A DNA stretch of 64,000 bases, from the NCBI GenBank assembly GCA_964566135.1, contig CAZMHM010000006.1, positions 2,973 through 66,972 on the forward strand, written 5' to 3'. This DNA is from an uncultured Candidatus Saccharibacteria bacterium (GTDB lineage: Bacteria > Patescibacteriota > Saccharimonadia > Saccharimonadales > CAIOMD01). Made by a program: the position numbers and the translations under genes. Positions 60,553 to 64,000 of this stretch are shown one piece after another. The notes under the pieces were generated by a model. The model saw only the letters and a list, made by a program, of their open reading frames with translations. It had not been told where the DNA came from and made no database searches. The number at the start of each line of letters is the position of its first letter. The stretch's first letter is position 1.

Positions 60553-63380
60553 CAATAATGGAAGCAGAACGAGTAGGTAATACGCCACTTTTAGCGAGAG
60601 CAGAGTCACTCGGTATTGATCCAGCAAATCTTGCCGGACTACCAGAGGAGGTTGCTGAGGCGTGCCTTGATTTAGTTACCTACGCAACACGATCAGCGGT
60701 CAATTCGTACCTTGCAAACCCCACTGCGGTCCTAAGCAAGGTAGAAGAAAACTTGCGAGAGTTAATGGCTACGGCGAGTTTAACCGACACTGATGAACGA
60801 AACCAAATCATTGCTGATATTAATCGTGCGATTGCGTGCGAGACGGCTGATCCGCAAAAGATTACTAATCTTGAACGCAAAGTTGGCCGCAAGCTTGATA
60901 ATTGGCTTACTGTGGCGCAAGGTAGCTTTACAAATTATTTAACTGGCGCACAATCAGCAAGCAGAACTGGCAGAGTGCTTTCGCAAGAAGAAGTCACAGC
61001 TCAATTTGCCGTACTTGGTATTCAGCCAGAAGTAGTGGCTAAAAAACTTGGAGTCGCAATAGGCGATCCAGAACCCGCATTTGTCACACCACAGCCAGAA
61101 CCTGAACAGACCGCACAACCAGCGCCTAAGCCAGTGACGTTAAGCACCAAAGCTACTCACGATGCAGCAAAGCCAAAATTTACAATTAATACCGTTAAGT
61201 CTTCACAACGAGTTGGTGGCCTAGCTGCTGCAGGCGCAATTGTATTTACGCTTGCTACCCCTACAACTGCTCAAGCTACTGAAACAACACCAAGTACACC
61301 ACCAGCGCCACAGCAATCAGCATCTGCACCAGCTGAGGTAGCGCCGCAAACTGAGCCAGTTGCCGTACAGGAAATTGGCGCCGATGGTGGGGCGGTTGAC
61401 ATCACTCCTGCGGTTTCTGCAGACACTCCTGCGCCCGGGGCAGAAGTTATTGCGACAATACCCAATCTTAAAGAGACAACACAACCTGCGGAAGTCGTTA
61501 ATGAACCAGCAGTTACAGTATCAACTACGGTTAACCTAATTACAGGCGAAGTTACAAATGTTGCCAAACCAGCTGCGTCAGCCGAAGCAAATACTCCTCG
61601 TGAAAATAACCAAGCCGCGACTGAACTGCTTGCAAAGCTAACTCCAGCATTTCGTGACGGAATCACGCGCCTTAACAAAGCCGCAGATCATAAATCACTT
61701 AATTATTTGTCTCAATCCGACGCGGATGTGTATGGCACAAAAGATCCCAAAACACACAAAACAATCCCAATAAAACTTGACGAAGAATATGCCGCGACGC
61801 TGCAGGCGCAATATGATGTACTCGTCGCAATAATTGCTAATGACAAAACCTTTATTGATAGTGTCACAAAAATGTTTGACGAAATGCCACTTGATAAAGA
61901 TAAACAAGCAATCATTGATACCGTCGAGAAGATTAAATTCACCGAAGATGGCGCTGACGATTTTGAGCCAGCTCAAAAAACAGCGCTGCTGACGTATATC
62001 GCGTACATAAACACGCAAACACAATCGTACGCTCAAAACGTTGTAAATGCGCGAATGTCAGAATACCAAAAAGAGCAAGACGCCAAAGCCAAAGCCAAAG
62101 CAGAGCAAACGACAAAATCACCAGAAGCTAAAGCATCTAATAAGTATTCACTCTTAATCCCTAAAATTCGCGACGAAGCCCAGTTGGCTGCAGCGATAAA
62201 TGCGTATATTCGCGAGGTAGCCCCTGATTCACCATTTGTTGGCCAAGGCAAAAACTTTGTTAAAGGCGCTAAAAAACATGGGGTTAATCCACTGATTCCT
62301 GTTGTTATTGCCCAAATGGATAGTAATTTTAGCACCAAAGGAATCGCTGCTCGCTATCACACAAATAACCCATGGAACAGGGACTGCCCAGATGGTAAAC
62401 CTCGTGTGCACTACACAGACGGCCGTAGTGGACATAGCCACAGTGCATGTACCTATGACTCACCCGAGCAAGCGTTATTGCAAGATGATTATGAGGGAAT
62501 GGAAGCAGCCCGCAAGGGTCATGATAGTATCTATGCGTATCTTGAAAGAAAATACCTTAGCCATAACATAACCTCCCTTGAAGCATTCTTAGCCATTTAC
62601 ACACCCTCGGCAGAATCAAGCAAAGCCGAGCACGAACACTTACTGGCAGGCTACAAGCACGAGCTTAATAAGCTCTATGATATGGCAGGCGATTCAATTT
62701 CGTTTGGCGTTCGCCTTAGCAAACTAAAAGACCTACCTAAAGATCCAGGAAGCAGGTACACCACACGCGAAATAGCAGCACAAGCAGCGCCTGGCGAATC
62801 GATGTTTGGTCCTGATGATCCGTGTTCAAAGCTTATGGGAAATGTGCGTATTGTTTGTGCAGCGCAAAAATTCTTAGGAATTCGATACGGCACAGCCGAC
62901 CCTGGGTATGCGCCAAAATGGGAAGATGTATGGAATCAAAAGATTGAGTCGTGGGGTGGCCACAATCCAAAAGGCTGGATATTCCGAAACAAAAAAGGCA
63001 GCACCAATGATTTCTTAGAATGTAGTGGTTTTGTTGCTGTTGCAATTGCCGCAGCATATAACGTTGATGTTGATAATTGCTCGGCTGGTTTCTTAAGCGA
63101 CACCAAGAACTTTAAGCAAATTAATCCACGCAAAGTTCGCGCTGGAGATTTGGTTATCGCATCAAAGCGTTGTGGCGGTAAACAAGGCGGCCATGTTGGT
63201 ATAGTAATATCGTATGACCCAAAGACAAAAGAGCTCGTAACGCTTGAAGCTAGTGCCGGCATGAGTAGTGAAGGATATGCGCGAACTGGTGTTATTAAGC
63301 GTCACAAAATTGGCGTAGATTTCCACTATGCAGCTCGCTATATCGGCGCAGGTTCAGATGCCGCCCTTAGCCCTGCTTAG
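60549..63380 (+). CDS. large membrane-anchored peptidoglycan hydrolase: about 220-aa N-terminal domain, TM, Pro/Ala-rich spacer, helical region, glucosaminidase(GH73/FlgJ)-like segment and C-terminal NlpC/P60 domain
   Basis: ATGA overlap with gene 3. TM VGGLAAAGAIVFTLA. GVNPLIPVVIAQMDSNFSTKGIAARYHTNNPWN resembles the GH73 catalytic region. The NlpC/P60 part has Cys in ECSGFVAVAIA and His in GGHVGIVISYD. Confidence 0.8.
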   Translation: MTIMEAERVGNTPLLARAESLGIDPANLAGLPEEVAEACLDLVTYATRSAVNSYLANPTAVLSKVEENLRELMATASLTDTDERNQIIADINRAIACETADPQKITNLERKVGRKLDNWLTVAQGSFTNYLTGAQSASRTGRVLSQEEVTAQFAVLGIQPEVVAKKLGVAIGDPEPAFVTPQPEPEQTAQPAPKPVTLSTKATHDAAKPKFTINTVKSSQRVGGLAAAGAIVFTLATPTTAQATETTPSTPPAPQQSASAPAEVAPQTEPVAVQEIGADGGAVDITPAVSADTPAPGAEVIATIPNLKETTQPAEVVNEPAVTVSTTVNLITGEVTNVAKPAASAEANTPRENNQAATELLAKLTPAFRDGITRLNKAADHKSLNYLSQSDADVYGTKDPKTHKTIPIKLDEEYAATLQAQYDVLVAIIANDKTFIDSVTKMFDEMPLDKDKQAIIDTVEKIKFTEDGADDFEPAQKTALLTYIAYINTQTQSYAQNVVNARMSEYQKEQDAKAKAKAEQTTKSPEAKASNKYSLLIPKIRDEAQLAAAINAYIREVAPDSPFVGQGKNFVKGAKKHGVNPLIPVVIAQMDSNFSTKGIAARYHTNNPWNRDCPDGKPRVHYTDGRSGHSHSACTYDSPEQALLQDDYEGMEAARKGHDSIYAYLERKYLSHNITSLEAFLAIYTPSAESSKAEHEHLLAGYKHELNKLYDMAGDSISFGVRLSKLKDLPKDPGSRYTTREIAAQAAPGESMFGPDDPCSKLMGNVRIVCAAQKFLGIRYGTADPGYAPKWEDVWNQKIESWGGHNPKGWIFRNKKGSTNDFLECSGFVAVAIAAAYNVDVDNCSAGFLSDTKNFKQINPRKVRAGDLVIASKRCGGKQGGHVGIVISYDPKTKELVTLEASAGMSSEGYARTGVIKRHKIGVDFHYAARYIGAGSDAALSPA

Positions 63381-63384
63381 CAAT

Positions 63385-64000
63385 TTATTTTTTGAAAAAT
63401 GTTTTAGCGTTAAGCTTGATTTTTTTAGCGAGCGCAGCGCGTGTTTCGGGTTCGCGCAGCGCGTGTGCAAAGCTGGCGCCAAATGTCAGTATTGTTGCTA
63501 AAAGAATAACAGGGAACAAATACTTATCTATGTTGAAGTACTGGCCAACAATTCTACCAGCCCAGTACCCAACCAATGTTATAGATGTTCCCCATAGTAC
63601 TGCACCAATAAAGTTGTAAACCAAGAATTTTTTATAATCCATTTTTGCAGTTCCCGCCATGAGCGGTGCGAGTGTACGGATAATAGGAATAAAACGAGCG
63701 AACAAAATAGTTTTGCCGCCGTGTTTATGATAAAAATCTTCGGCTGAATCAACATATTTTTTATGAAACAAAATAGAGTCATCTTTGCTAAATATCCGCT
63801 TGCCGTTGCGCTTACCAATTTCATAACCGGCAATATTACCAAAGAACGCCGCCAGCACAATTACGATAATTGAGCTTGCAAGCCCAATACGTCCTTGCGC
63901 GGCAAAAAAGCCAGCAGCAAACAGCAGGGTATCACCCGGCAAAAAGAACCCAATTAGTAAACCTGTTTCGGCAAAGATTGTTGCCCCAATTGCAAATATG
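63385..64000 (-). CDS. DedA-family (VTT domain) membrane protein, 5' end beyond the window
   Basis: LPGDTLLFAAGFFAAQG and HGGKTILFARFIPIIRTLAPLMAGTAKM motifs. The ORF continues past position 64000. Confidence 0.85.
   Translation of the reverse strand, partial: IFAIGATIFAETGLLIGFFLPGDTLLFAAGFFAAQGRIGLASSIIVIVLAAFFGNIAGYEIGKRNGKRIFSKDDSILFHKKYVDSAEDFYHKHGGKTILFARFIPIIRTLAPLMAGTAKMDYKKFLVYNFIGAVLWGTSITLVGYWAGRIVGQYFNIDKYLFPVILLATILTFGASFAHALREPETRAALAKKIKLNAKTFFKK

Overview
Compact, gene-dense window, almost entirely plus-strand. I call about 60 CDS and one tmRNA, and I saw no rRNA, tRNA, CRISPR array, transposase or integrase. The standard genetic code fits, because TGA-terminated ORFs match full-length homologs. 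Housekeeping genes recognisable from motifs are tpiA, pcrA/uvrD, rsmA, metG, tatD, a cysteine desulfurase, atpFHAGDC, mnmA, alaS, ruvX, mltG, obg, a class II photolyase, sbcB and uvrA. The genome style is minimal aminoacyl-tRNA synthetases, 4-nt gene overlaps, many membrane-anchored secreted hypotheticals, several peptidoglycan hydrolases, FemAB and a trehalase. This suggests a reduced-genome monoderm, plausibly a Patescibacteria/CPR (Saccharibacteria-like) organism; that is inference only. Four regions deserve follow-up. (1) An 8-kb surface-protein island (27150-35310) holds four paralogous secreted beta-rich proteins, a DUF916-like membrane-anchored partner, a decayed fifth paralog, a beta-helix/lectin-like protein and a PKD protein. 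It is a candidate csc(WxL)-like or donor-strand fibre assembly system. (2) A tightly coupled four-gene operon (57499-63380) ends in a 943-aa membrane-anchored protein with putative glucosaminidase-like and NlpC/P60 domains. (3) The F-type ATP synthase operon lacks subunits a and c, and is preceded by a protein whose C-terminal hairpin looks c-subunit-like but has no carboxylate. (4) A glycan-degradation cluster (trehalase, beta-helix, CBM, GH16) shares an N-terminal anchor module between two genes. All functional calls come from motif reading by eye; no searches were run.
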